Source of the DNA: Minisyncoccota bacterium
GTDB taxonomy: Bacteria > Patescibacteriota > Minisyncoccia > UBA6257
Direction of reading: 5' to 3'
Assembly: GCA_028694995.1 (NCBI GenBank)
Contig: JAQVJU010000002.1
Span: 67,503 to 131,502, forward strand
DNA: 64,000 nt
Below are positions 63,589 through 64,000 of the stretch, piece by piece (positions within the stretch are counted from its first letter, which is position 1; every line of letters begins with the position of its first letter). The position numbers and the translations under genes are program-made. The notes under the pieces were generated by a model. That model made no database searches and was not told the DNA's origin. It saw nothing but the letters and a program-made list of their open reading frames with translations.

Positions 63589-63826
63589 AATTTTTTTATA
63601 GCTTTATTTTAATAACGAAAAAACCCAAGAAAGTCATTTTAAGCCTTGCAAAAATACAATGGGAACAATGACCTCCTAAGAATACGACCATATTTCATTA
63701 TCTATAATGATATAATTATTAATAAATTATGTCAATTTTTACTTTACTATCCATTTTTATGATAGACTAGAGCACCATGAGTCTATATTGTAGGCAATAT
63801 TAAAATCTATTTAATAAAAATCTAAC

Positions 63827-64000
63827 TTATCCCTCATTCTTATCCGATATTTTTTTACTACCATTAATAATATTATAAATAGCGATTGAGATATCTTGAA
63901 TATTATATTCTCTTTTATAATTTATTCTGAGTAGGTTTACCCCAGCATCCTTGAATGCTTTCTCGACAAAAATGTCTCTTTCTTTCCTTTTTCCATAACT
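63827..64000 (-). CDS. Partial gene (C-terminus), DUF2726-like
   Basis: ...RKERDIFVEKAFKDAGVNLLRI... open to the window edge. Confidence 0.45.
   Translation of the reverse strand, partial: SYGKRKERDIFVEKAFKDAGVNLLRINYKREYNIQDISIAIYNIINGSKKISDKNEG

Overview
AT-rich, CpG-poor bacterial chromosome segment using the standard code. Gene content and style suggest a Patescibacteria/CPR (Parcubacteria-like) genome, which is an inference. Most genes lie on the minus strand. Housekeeping blocks: SAM-I riboswitch with metK, elp3, queA-tgt-queH, trxB, murD, the heat-shock region (hrcA-grpE-dnaK-dnaJ and groES-groEL, each with a CIRCE), cysS-dnaB-recR, an ECF sigma with a MacAB-type exporter and ABC-F, mraZ-rsmH-ftsL-ftsI-murF, alr, an extra RpoD-like sigma and two tRNAs. 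Accessory content: a type III R-M island at tRNA-Ser with a decayed serine recombinase, an operon of tiny orphan ORFs and several unannotated promoter-hairpin-terminator RNA units. Best candidate for a new system: a stand-alone radical SAM/SPASM gene (60035-61129, +) followed by a 55-aa ORF missing from the ORF track (61176-61343, +). Its C-terminus is WDKAWEKGPWDKGHWANRK, which looks like a minimal cyclophane (triceptide/darobactin-type) RiPP cassette. The supplied ORF track gives the wrong strand for five genes (cysS, dnaB, recR, 55140-55496, 60026-61129); they read on + and are corrected here.
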